Part shown: positions 13,170 through 24,892 of the stretch, one piece after another | Layout of the letters: every line of letters starts with the position of its first letter | How positions within the stretch are numbered: position 1 is the first letter of the stretch | NCBI GenBank assembly: GCA_012295275.1 | Contig: CM022670.1 | Location: 23,870,001-23,934,000, forward strand | Direction of reading: 5' to 3' | DNA: 64,000 nt | Origin: Chrysomallon squamiferum | Taxonomy: Eukaryota; Animalia; Mollusca | Made by a program: the position numbers and the translations under genes | Notes under the pieces: model-generated | Database searches by the model: none | What the model saw: only the letters and a program-made list of their open reading frames with translations | What the model was told of the DNA's origin: nothing

Positions 13170-15290
13170 ATTTCAGAAATTGCAAAAGGTTTATAAAAAC
13201 AAAATATTATTTGTTCAACTACCTATAAGTGAATATACATTTGATTCAAACAATAGCTAACCCATCTATTGTTCTACAGATTACTGGCTTTTATTGTTTT
13301 ATGAATACAGATGGTTAAGTAGGGTAACACCACTGTGTGACACTTTCCAGAAAGATAAAGGGAACTAAAGTAGTACTTTGTACAAAGATCTCTTTCTTTC
13401 CATGTGGGTCTGTTCTGCAGTCATCTTTTGTGTCTTCCACTATCAAATAACACTATCTAATATCTCTCAATAGCATGTCAATATTATGATAATATTTTAT
13501 TTAATCAGTAACAGACTAATATTACTTATGTAACAGTACTGTAAGTTTTACTTGAACAGTAGTAAAAAAAAAGAATAAGAGGTTGTATGGACCCTCCCCA
13601 GCCTCAAAAAAAGAATCAGTAATAATAAAATAAAAGAAAAAAAGCCTGACTAAATACCCCTAACCCTTCTTTCCTTCTGTTATGAAATCACTGTAATTGG
13701 AACCCTTCCTTACCTACAGCGTAATTTCCACCCCCATTTACATATGTTAGTAATAATGACTTTCAATTAATCACCGAAAACCTCTATTTACTGATGAGTT
13801 AACAGAAATTAGCCTTCAACAACACAAAGTGATGCAGTGGTAAAGCTATTGTTTCACTTAGGAAATGCAGAAAGCAGACACATGAAAAGTAAGTTGGTGA
13901 TGAAAAATATTGATACAAAATACAAAGTATTAATGGAGGTGGAAGCAGGTTTTAAAAAAAAAAAAAAAAAAAAAAAATTGCTGAAGAAAACAGTTGATTC
14001 AAGAAGCTTATTTAAAGTTTGGTCTTAATCATGAAATCATGAGAACAATAACATTTAAAAATATAGAGAACACAATTTTGACATGTAACCATTTTAACAA
14101 AATTGGGCAAGAGTGTGTTTTGTGCAATATATATTATTATATGGATGTTTTTGATTTGATCTAAAATCCAATTTGAATAATGAATATATTTCCGAAATGC
14201 TATCAGAGATTTACATCAGGAAAAAAGGTAATTTTGTAGAAGTAAATATTCAATTTCAAATTTTAGGTAATATTCATTCCATTTTTTAAATGTTTTATGT
14301 CTTTGAGATTAAAAAGCAATTTAATTTTTATTTATTATATAAATATGGACAAATTCTGGTATGAATAATTATAAATATAACTTACCTAGACCAATCAGGT
14401 CAGCTACAGCTGATGTTTTGTTTGGAGTAACTTTGGGAGGGTTTGGCTTTATTTGGTTATCCTCTGAAGGCTTTTTCTCTGCTGGCGGAGGCTTTGTCTT
14501 GATACTGGCAGATGACTGAAATTTAGAAACATTATATGCATAAATTCATTTATCTGCAGCTGTTATTATAAAGTAAGGATTTAAAGTATTTTTAAAATAT
14601 ATTTTTAATAACTAAATATCATAAATATAACATGTTGTCTTATTGTTATTAATATTAATTATTTATTATTATTTTAAACTCATTAAATGTAACGACCATA
14701 ATAACTTATCCATTTAACAATACAAGATATGTGACTTAAAAATTCGGAAACATTATGGTTAGGCATAACTGGTCATAGACCATTACTTCAACTGGGCTTC
14801 TACTAATCAAATCAATGCTCAAGAACTGCTGTTCTGTTTATAGGAAAGTGCATATAAAAATATCTTTCTGTTTATCTTATAACAATTCATGGAGCAGATA
14901 TGCATGGTGAGAGACAGAGTTTGAATCTCTAGAAGTGGCTGTTGTTGTAATCTGTGTAAACCACTGCAACAAATCTTGAGCACAGGTAATAAATTTAACT
15001 GTAGTAAAACTGTAATATATATTTACTGAATTAAGCTGCACTGTGCTTGTAGATTTGGGCTTATTCTTCTTTTTGTCTTTTTCATCCTCTAACCACTGAA
15101 ATAAAAGAAAATACTGCTGTAAACAATATACTAGATTGCTGGAGAAAGATTTTAATAATATGGTGAGAGATAAATGATTTCCTGAAATATGGTTTTAAAA
15201 AAGGCTCAAAATAAATGCATGTAGTAGAAAATCTTTTCATAATCATAGTGAATAAATGAAAATTAAAACAACACATTTTATCAGTTTATA

Positions 15291-15347
<57 letters not shown>

Positions 15348-18300
15348 GATTCTAATGTTAATTAAAGGAAGATATTTGCAGTTTGTTAAGTGCTGCATTA
15401 ATAATGTTATATAATGCTGGAAAGCCACAGTTCTCTGAGAAACATTTTCATGTGAAATAAGGCATGAAACTGCAATCCTAATCAAATTGTTTAGCAGTGT
15501 TAATTAGGTGACAGTAACACTACAGGTTTAATTTTGCATAGTTAGTTCATTAGTTTTTCTTTTTAAAAAATTATTTTTTATAAGCTAAGTAAAAACAAAT
15601 ATATAGTATATACATAATAAAATATTTTCTACCTTAATGTATTCTACTGTTTATGAAATAGTTATTCATATAGATTAATATAATAAAATTTGTATCTGAC
15701 CATGACCAAAATAAACATTTTAAAATATATAAATCAACCAAACGAGAACAGATCATTCTATCTACTTAAAATCACATGCATAAATCTATTTGAAAAAAAA
15801 AAAAAAAAAAAACAATAAATGTCTTCATCATTTTTTCATATTTAGATAATAATATGAAAAAAATGACACCAGCTATATATATATTGTAAATTATATTGTC
15901 TTTTTTCAGCAGAATGAAATTATAATAAAACAGAGGGAAAATATGGCAAGTGAAAAGTATCTAAATTGCAGATATTCAAGCACATTGAACTTTGCTTCAC
16001 TTTATATAAAATTTATAAGGTTAACACAAATTAATAAAATAATAAGATTACAATTTTCAAACTAAAATTTAAAAGCTAAGGAAGGAGTAAGGAAAGATAA
16101 ATCATGCAAACATTATTTTTACACCAGTAAAGTGATTGAAATGAAATGTTTGGATTGAATCTAGGAAAATATCTGCTCATGCAGATGGTTAGACAAAATC
16201 TACAATATTTATTTTTCTAAAATATATATGGAAACATGCTTGTACATCATGAGATTGCAATGAAAGTATTTTGACATTAGTTTACTCAAATGTAATCACA
16301 TAGAATCTACTACATTTCATTCCCCAACTAACTGAAACAGAGGTTCTGTTTAATCTGTTTTAAATGCAACTTTACAGTGAAAGTGAAAGAATTTGTCAAG
16401 GAATTTTGTTGAGAATTTCACAAGAAGAACAAAACTTTAGAACTATAGATAAATATATTTAAGGCTTAATTTGCAGTTTTAAAGAAATGGAAATGAATGG
16501 AAGAAAAATAAAAATTTGTTAAGATTAAAAGTTTGGTAAAGGGGTAACTAGTATTTAAATGTTTTAAACACTAAAATTTTTAAAAGGGTTAGAAAACTAA
16601 TAAATAGTTACAGACATTAATGAACATTACAATAACTAAATTTTGTCTATAAGTATAAATTATTAAAATGTTATTACTTCTACTAGTAGTAAAGATGTTT
16701 TTATACACTATTAAAATTTATTAAGTAAATTCACACATTACAATCAGTGATTAAAAAAGGATTACTGCAGGATAAAAAATGAACTGTTAAAGGAATGCCT
16801 TCACCATACACCCAAGCCTGCCATTAACTGTTAAGCTTGAACCTCACCTCATTTGGTATCTGAAGATCAGTACAATAAACATTTAAGACATCATGTATTT
16901 CACAATTTGCGACTTAAAGAGACATGAAGCTTCTTTTTAATGTGATGATATTTTTATTAAATGTAGTGATAACATATATTATGCCATAATAATACAAATG
17001 CCAGCAAATATACTATGAAACATTCAAGTTAAATCAACAGGCACATGTTACCGATTCAGAAATATCTATATCAATTTCAGTCCAAACAATCTAATTTGAA
17101 AATGGAAATGTTTGAAATAAGTATCCATTTACTGACGATAATGAGTAATCTCTGCAGTAGTATGCAAAAGCCTAATAAATGTTATTTAAATGCCAGATTT
17201 ACATTTACTTTCAAAATAAAACAGTAATTAATTTTTTTTTTTTTTTTAAATTTAACACAATAAATCATTAATTATTATTTTAATAAACTGAAATGTTGTC
17301 TCTTACAATAAGTGAACGAGAAGTGAATTTAATACAGAGGCAAATCATTTAAAAACTTAGTCATGATTAAGGTTTTTTTTTACATGCAAAACTTCAGTTT
17401 GCTATTTTAAATGAAAATAATAAAATACATGTGTAACAAAATCATGATTTTTTATTTCTGTTAATAAACATTGCTTATATTATTTCATTTAATAACAGAA
17501 TTTTTTTTTAAATTATAAAACTTACCTTATCAAAAGCTATGAAATTTTTGAATAACGTTAAATTTTCTCAGTTTATCTTTTCATTTAAAAACAATTTAAA
17601 AAAGAAGCCTTTTATGTTACCTCTTTTGGTACAACAGGTTTAGGTGGAATCCATTCTCTAGCTAAATACTTCTTTTGTTCATACTTGGTCCGAATGAAAT
17701 TTTCAAGAGCACTGAAGTAAAGTTAAGGAAATGAAAACTTGTTTTAACAATTGGCATTTCCAAATAAAAAACACCACAATCAGTGTTAACATGCTGAAAG
17801 AAACAAGAAACAGAACACAAATTCAATTATGGACTGACTTCTTTCTAATTCTCTTCAGTTGCTTTATACTCGAATGTTAATAAAAGTAACATCAGTTGGA
17901 CAGCAAATATAAAGAGTTTCAGTGTATGCATTACTGGAATACAAGTCAGAGTAATGCAAATTGAAACTTTCGACTGTAAATTTTTTGCTTAGCTATTTAA
18001 GACATGGGACACCCTAATTTATGGGCACTTTTTAAATACAAAATTCAACTTATATATTTTTATATATTCACCAAGGATACGAATCGGTCTGTGGACGTCT
18101 GAAGTTGTTGGGAAGTTCAGCCTCATAGGCTGCCCTTGCCCGACTGTTTCCAACTTCCTGCATCATCTAAAACAAAATATTTTACATATAATTAAATTGT
18201 TGCATAGATTTAACAAAACAACAAAGAAAGCAGTATATATATATATTTGGATATACAAATTTTAATCACATTAATCTGACATGAAGACATTTTTTTCAAT

Positions 18301-20790
18301 GAGTGGATGTTAAATAAATATGGGTGTCTGTTTAGCACTTTGGCATGCCAATGACACTATTTTCATCATCCAAAAAGCTCCTGATATTTTTGTCATCAAA
18401 ATAAAAAATTTGCCAAAAATCCATTTATTGTCCAATCACAGTGGGATTTATTTTAGAATGTGTGCCATTGTCTTACGATATGTTGTCTTTACAGTATTAG
18501 TAATAGTGATGTTGTTTGCTTATTCATTCTTTTATAAATATAATACTGTGGAACAAACATTTGCAAACAAAGAAAGACAAAAATGAATGAAATAGAGCCA
18601 AAAATAATGACAGCAATGAATAATGACTATAAACAATAATGCAAACTGCCAAGGTGTTAAAATGTGAAGCTTATATATATATACACATACACTGTATATG
18701 TTCACATAAATCCTATAGATTCAGTGTCCATATTAGCATAGCCATGTGTTACTTCATGAAACAAGATCAGTATTGTGTTAATTAGGTATTTTTATTGTCT
18801 AAAATTTCACAAGAGGCTAAGAAATGCTGTGGCAAGGTAGAATTAATGGTCCAAATGATCAACAAAGCAGAACACCAATGCATGTATATTTATTAATAAA
18901 TAAATAAATTTTTATTTGACAAATAAAACAATTTCAATCTAATAAATGTGTATTTGTTCATTTGTTTTGATATTTATATATTCTACTTTTTCTTTTTTAC
19001 AAAAGCTATAAACCAATGGGTCTATATAATTAATCAAATGTGCATATGAATTGCATACTTACAGCAACCTGTTCTGCAGTCCATGTATCAAGATTAACAG
19101 ATTTCACTTTGGAAACATGGACACCCATTTTTCGATGAATTCCTGCACATCGAATACAAAGGAATACTCCAAGATTCCACGAAGCCCATCTTGGTCCTGT
19201 GGAAGACAAAACTATTAATCTGCTGTATATATTTAATTTATGTCACACACACACACACACACACACATTTATATTGTATTTTTATATATAACAGATTAAC
19301 TAATACAAATTTATAACAATATATATTTTTTAAATTCTTATTATGACACATTTCATTAAATTGTCGAACTATCTCCAAGATTACAAAATATAATACCTAA
19401 AATTGAAGGAAAGTGTTTTATTTTTTATTATTATTGCTTTTATTTGATCTCTTGCACCAACAAATAATCAATGCTGAATTAATTTGAAAAAATACCAGTT
19501 AAGCATCTTAATGCTTATTCATATGTTATTATTAAAGCCAAGACTTGGATAAAGTGATATGTGTGCACACCTAAAGTGGGTTGCTGATGCTGAACATTTC
19601 TGCCTATAGAACCCTAGGATATATGTCTTTCACTGTATTGGTTACTATATAATTAAAAATTCAGTAATGATGGTTTTTTCATGGCTTATTATGTTTTTAT
19701 ACCAAGGCAAGAGTTTAAAAATGTTAATTTCATATGGGTAATCCAGTTTTGTGACTTATAATTGCTTTCCTTGAAGGGGTTTCTCTAATTTTAATTTCTG
19801 TTCAACCATTATTTTTGCATGTTTTCCCAAACAAATATTATGATGAATTGTATACATTCAGCTTCATCTATGTATTGTGTTGCTTCATATTATTTTTGAT
19901 AAGCCATGGAGAAACAACAGATTTGTGTACATTTCACAATGATCATTATGTGACTATGGTAAACGTATTTGGGACTTTAAATAATAAACAATCTGCATAG
20001 GAATAGGAATAGGAAAAAAATTAACGTGCTAATCAGAGCAAGCTGTTGTGAAGCACGTCTGCGACGGGCACGCTTTCTGACAGGTCAGCGGGCGTGTCCG
20101 TTGCAGATACAATCTGCACATTATGTCTTTCTCTTATAGTCTATGAGGTAGCAGGTACTTAATCGGGAAGCAGGATGTGTGGGTTCTCAACAAAAGATGT
20201 GGTCATAGTGATGGTGAATGGACAATTGATCACTGGACAATTAAGGGCTCTGGTACACTTGAGCTAATTACTTAAATAAATTAATTAAAATTCATGAATG
20301 TTAAAAGTAATGGACAGTTCTTGAACTCATTTAAAGCTTGCTAGTATATCGGTTTGAAACTATTTGAGATGTTCAGTGTTTATGTTGTCAAATGACTGAA
20401 AATGAAATGAATCAGTTTCTTGAGAAATTCTGAAGAAAAAATACAAGTAAATTGTATTCAAATAAAAATTTACAACTTTTTCCATATCACTGTATTAAAG
20501 GTATCTTGGTGTCATTTTAATCAGGGTTTTTTTTTTTTTTCAATCTCTCTGTTGATATATTGATATATAATTTTACTTGAACATGATATTTTTGAAAATT
20601 TTGTCACAGTACATTATTTATTACATAGCTACTGACAGACTCGAATTTAAACAAGATAGGAATCATTTCGCTTACCCTTGGCATCACAATCAACGCAATA
20701 TTTATTATCATCGTCTTTCAGTAGACTGGAAAGAACTGCTTGGAATTTCTCTTGTTGAGCTTTTATTCGATCTTTTTCTATTTTAGACAT
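4589..20790 (-). CDS. SMAP1: Stromal membrane-associated protein (SMAP1/SMAP2-like ArfGAP), 11 coding exons, about 439 aa
   Basis: Exons: 20790-20676, 19196-19063, 18166-18081, 17711-17621, 15095-15027, 14515-14386, 10430-10312, 9101-8969, 6627-6458, 5229-5095, 4726-4589; all phases are consistent. Motifs: ArfGAP zinc finger CVDC...CIRCAGIHR with [12 protein letters not shown], clathrin box [14 protein letters not shown], a Met/Gln/Pro-rich tail and the SMAP-type end [10 protein letters not shown]. Probably co-orthologous to SMAP1 and SMAP2. Confidence 0.93.
5509..5529. repeat. (TG)n microsatellite
   Basis: Seen directly. Confidence 0.9.
7595..7744 (-). CDS. Candidate alternative (cassette) exon of SMAP encoding a Gln-rich 50-aa insert
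   Basis: ttattcag|AG...CCAG|gtaccc. It is 150 nt, phase 1/1 like the host intron, and open: [50 protein letters not shown]. Confidence 0.45.
8390..8418. repeat. (CA)n microsatellite
   Basis: Seen directly. Confidence 0.9.
8717..8827. repeat. Compound (AAAC)n/(AAAT)n/(AAT)n microsatellite
   Basis: Seen directly. Confidence 0.9.
11243..12124. mobile_element. Non-autonomous TIR DNA transposon, MULE/MuDR-like, in a SMAP intron
   Basis: The termini GGATGTGGGACATAAGCCC and GGGCTTATGACTAAATCCC are inverted. Subterminal GGACAAAAGCCC-like motifs point inwards from both ends. A 9-bp flanking duplication TTTTGTTCT lies at 11234-11242 and 12125-12133. Confidence 0.8.
13137..13164. repeat. (TA)n microsatellite
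   Basis: Seen directly. Confidence 0.9.
15295..15343. repeat. (TG)n microsatellite
   Basis: Seen directly. Confidence 0.95.
17712..18080 (-). other. U12-type (minor spliceosome) GT-AG intron, SMAP intron 3
   Basis: The 5' splice site is GTATCCTT at 18080. The branch site TTCCTTAAC (17730-17722) lies 10 nt upstream of the splice junction at 17712/17711. Confidence 0.92.
19244..19267. repeat. (CA)n microsatellite
   Basis: Seen directly. Confidence 0.9.
20058..20107 (+). other. GC-rich 50-nt near-perfect palindrome/hairpin in SMAP intron 1
   Basis: TCTGCGACGGGCACGCTTTCTGAC-AG-GTCAGCGGGCGTGTCCGTTGCAGA. Of 24 positions, 19 pair Watson-Crick, 4 are G-T and 1 is a mismatch. Confidence 0.85.
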
Positions 20791-21162
20791 AATAACAAAT
20801 ATAAAAGAAAAACCAAAGTGGGAAGCAACTTATGGGGAGACAACTGATATCGTTATTCCGGTTAGCGTTGTGATACAGAATTAGTTTAATATTTTTATAA
20901 TCAAAAGATAGGACAAGATACTAAGCTTTTGATAAGTAATTTTATCTTAGTACAATGCTACCCTTTCAAAACAAAACCATTTTTCATAATTTTAATAAAA
21001 TTTATTAATAACATTCTGATTATTTTCTATTGCGTATTAACACACTTTGTATCGAACAGTGATTTGTTCATTAAACGTCACAACGGAAGGAAAATAACTG
21101 CATTGAGATGACGCATTTATATATATAGATGATTAACTAGTGCATGAACGCCTCTTCATTCA

Positions 21163-21214
21163 GAATGAATGTTTAACTACACCCCAGCACGAAAAATGTA
21201 TCGGCTGCTGGGTT
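21163..21214. repeat. Fragment of an interspersed repeat (SINE-end-like motif)
   Basis: GAATGAATGTTTAACTACACCCCAGCACGAAAAATGTATCGGCTGCTGGGT resembles, from memory, an abundant gastropod repeat. A more decayed copy lies at about 52752-52815. Confidence 0.5.
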
Positions 21215-22365
21215 GTTTTCGTTCTGTGTTTTTGCAGGATAATTGGTGTATCAGTAAGATGACATCAGTTTTTGAAAACAAGCTTGTATTTTCATGAGAT
21301 CTAAATATTTTTATCAATAATCTTTGACCGTTCAAGGAACGGATTAGTACTTTGTAGCAAACAAGTTGTCAATTAATTCTCGACCTGTTACATGAAGATA
21401 ACATTTTAATGCTTTAGCGCTTTTTGTTGTTCTGCTCACAGTGCAGAGAACATCACTGAAACGGTTCCGCATTGTTTGGTCTCGTGTCGCATATAATTCT
21501 TCATCAAACGGAAAGTCGTTATACACTGACGAGAAGCTGTTTGTTCATTCTTGTGCGGTGGTCTGACGGAAATAATTCGTTTGTTCGTTCATCTACGGAA
21601 AATAGTCAATTGACGATAAACAGTCTGGGATCTATGAAATTGGAAATATATTGACATTATAAAATAATTCCAGAACTCTGGGACGTTTGATAAACCAAAC
21701 AGCAATTTTATTGTTTTAAACAGTTAACATTTGATTATTCATTGAATTCTGAACAGAACTTTAATTAGATTTTCTTTAACTTTCGGTTTATTAAATAAAA
21801 GATGTTAAGTCTTTATATGACTTTTTCATTTGTTTTGGATATATGAATTCCTGTTAACTGTTGAGTGGATTACACCTTAAGTTAATTTTATACCGGGTTA
21901 ACAAGGCCTGTAATCCTATTTCGTGATGGGACATAGTTTGATGACATACAAGTTTTCCTGTACTGAAAAAACAACTCTGTTAAAATAAATAAATAAATAA
22001 AAGGAACATGATTCTGTTTACACTGTTACTCACTATGAATAACTGGTCATCTTGAAAAAGTAGTTTTAATTAATTTATTGTTTTCAGTAATTACACGATA
22101 TGGTGGTTATTTGCTTATTTCAAAAAAGGACATTAAAAAAACAACAACATTGTGACCGTTATTTTTTACCTAAATTAAACAGGTTTGATGATAAAGTTAA
22201 AATAAAAAATGAAATTAATATTATTTATGTTGGTATGTGACAAATGATGTCACTGCAAAAGGTAGCCCGATTTTTGTGGTGTGTAATCTTTTCCTTGATT
22301 TGAGTTCCTTCTTTCGAGTTTATGTTTCCTTATTACTTTTAAACATTTTCCAAAGCAACAAACGC

Positions 22366-22418
22366 AGTATGTGTATATACAAATGCAGTATGTGTATATG
22401 TGTGTGTATATATATATA

Positions 22419-22458
<40 letters not shown>
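22366..22458. repeat. Compound (TG)n/(TA)n microsatellite
   Basis: Seen directly. Confidence 0.9.
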
Positions 22459-22461
<3 letters not shown>

Positions 22462-24223
22462 TTGTTACGTAATCTTTGATAAACAACGGAGAATCAATAG
22501 ACAAGTTTACCAATTCAAAATGATTGTCATATGACTAACATAACCTTATTCAGGACTTAAAATCATTACACAAGTTACAGATTATACCTCTCTCTCTTAG
22601 TCTGCCATATTTCATGCAAATTAATGAGGGCAGTAGAGTAATAACTATGTAATCTGGGGTACCAAAACATACGGCGTTCTCAGCAAAGGACATGGCCATA
22701 GCAATTGCTGATGGTACCGATGTCTACATTTGAGATCCTTATAATGAAGACATAATGGCAAATTAACACTTATTAATGTTATTAATTGGTAATAATAATA
22801 ATAATGTTAGCAAAATACTCTAAAATATTAAAGGACTCTATTACTCATCACTCTTGAAAAATGATTGTATGTATACTGCTTTAATTTCTAGAGTTTTTGA
22901 GGATTACATAATTAAGATGTAAGGTACACTTGAGCTAATTAGTGCAATTAATTTTATTCAGATAAAAATGCATATCATCTTTCATATCAATGGTATTGAA
23001 GAGATCTTGGTGTAATTTTAATATGAAGATATATAATTTGATAGGAATATGATACATTTGAAAATAACTTAATTTATGCTGGAACAATGTAAGTATATGC
23101 TAACCGAATTAATTTACATAACAAAGTAATAGTGAAATATATAGTTTAGTTATGTACCCAAGTAAGGTCATTTATATAATACTTTTTAGATAGACCCCAA
23201 AATGAAGAATAAATTGACATCTTGCTTGAGGTAACAGACTGGAGGACACAGTGCTCAAAAGAAAGACATCTGGCCTGTCTGTATGTAGATGAGATTATAT
23301 TTTTTCACACTGCTGTCAGAAAATGCTTCAAGAACCTTTATTGTAACCTCAGATGTCATATCAGTTATTCTCAAGACAGGCCATATAATTAAATAATTCA
23401 TTTCCTTTTATTACCACATAGTTTAAAACAAAAGTTATTTGGAAGAATATTATACATATCATGCCTTAATTATATTTTAAACAGAAATACAATTTAACGT
23501 TGACAAATTATGTAATCTTTACAATAATTATTAGACTGTTTATGTTTAATTTTCACATTACAAGCGTATTTGTAATAGTTGTTAACTGCATCAATAAAAA
23601 TAAGTTTTTGACAATATATTTATGCAGATTACATTTCATTTTTAAAATTTGTTTAATTACTGCACACTTTTTACAATGCAAAGCAGTTAGAATTGGAAAT
23701 ATCCTACTGAATAAATGCTCATCAGTGTTATTTTCAGTTGCTATTATATTACTTCTAAATATAAAACTAATATTTTATTTTTGGTCTAAATCATATGGTA
23801 GCAATTTATGAATTATTAGGTAGAATCCAATACTGATAACATACACAAACCCACAAAATATAAACCAGAAAATAACAAATGGGTCAAACTTATAATTTAT
23901 TAAAGGAAATGGTCCAACAAAACTTTTAACTTACATTAAGTTTAACATTATAAAAGAAAATTCACACATTTTACAGTAGTAAAAATGATAATTGTGAAGA
24001 AAAAAGAAAATGACAAAACAAATATAAAAAAGACACAAAAAAATTTTTAAAAAATAAAACAGTATTTTACTTCACCAATCAATAATGTTAATATTTATAA
24101 TTAAATAATATTTATAAATCTTGCTACTGGGTTACAAGTAATTTGTTAGTATAAATGATAATTAGAAAATACATCTTAAAATTATAAATGCATCATAGCT
24201 TTTTTCACTTTTTCTGAATTATG

Positions 24224-24224
<1 letters not shown>

Positions 24225-24269
<45 letters not shown>

Positions 24270-24326
24270 ATGTGTTTTTACACACACACACACACACACA
24301 CACTCATATATATATATATATATATT
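24225..24326. repeat. Self-complementary compound microsatellite (TA)n(TG)n-(CA)n(TA)n
   Basis: Seen directly, about 400 nt downstream of the ASNA1 stop codon. Confidence 0.9.
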
Positions 24327-24733
24327 GAAAAAGAATGAAGCATCTTTTGTATATGAGAATACCATTTCACAATAATGTCTGAAAAAGATTCTGATCTGAA
24401 GCAGCAATTGAACAGCTTTTGTTCCCAGGTAGTGCCAACTGACAGGAATCTATCATACATAATATCAGAACATTTCATCTTTTCCAACAAAATGCTACAG
24501 AAACTACACATTTTTGATAATGTTATTCATATTGTTGGTTTGATCCAAAACATTACTGCTATGAAAAAAACACCCAACTATTTTATCATAGAAATAGTAT
24601 TTAATTAATTCTGTGAGAAAAAAATGTTATAACTATTAAACTTTTTTAACAAAAGACCAACAAGCATCTTCAAATAAATTAGATAAAATAAGAAAATTGA
24701 ACTATTCCAGGTCTTATCTCTAATAAGTTAATA

Positions 24734-24861
24734 TCAGTCAGGAGTAAATGGCTGTAACAGATTTATTGAAAAAGATTTTATTTTATCAACACCTCGAATC
24801 TCTTCTTCCAGCAGAGGCAGTTTGGTTATGTAGAAGTCCTCATACAAGTCATAAATCTGTG

Positions 24862-24892
<31 letters not shown>

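Noticed and set aside
14870-15000. Possible extra SMAP exon between 15027 and 14515
   Set aside because: The candidate acceptors give either an implausibly short intron or an in-frame stop. The flanking exons already join in phase.
21344-21654. Short ORFs in the CpG-rich region upstream of SMAP
   Set aside because: No recognisable domain or splice context; more simply promoter or intergenic DNA.
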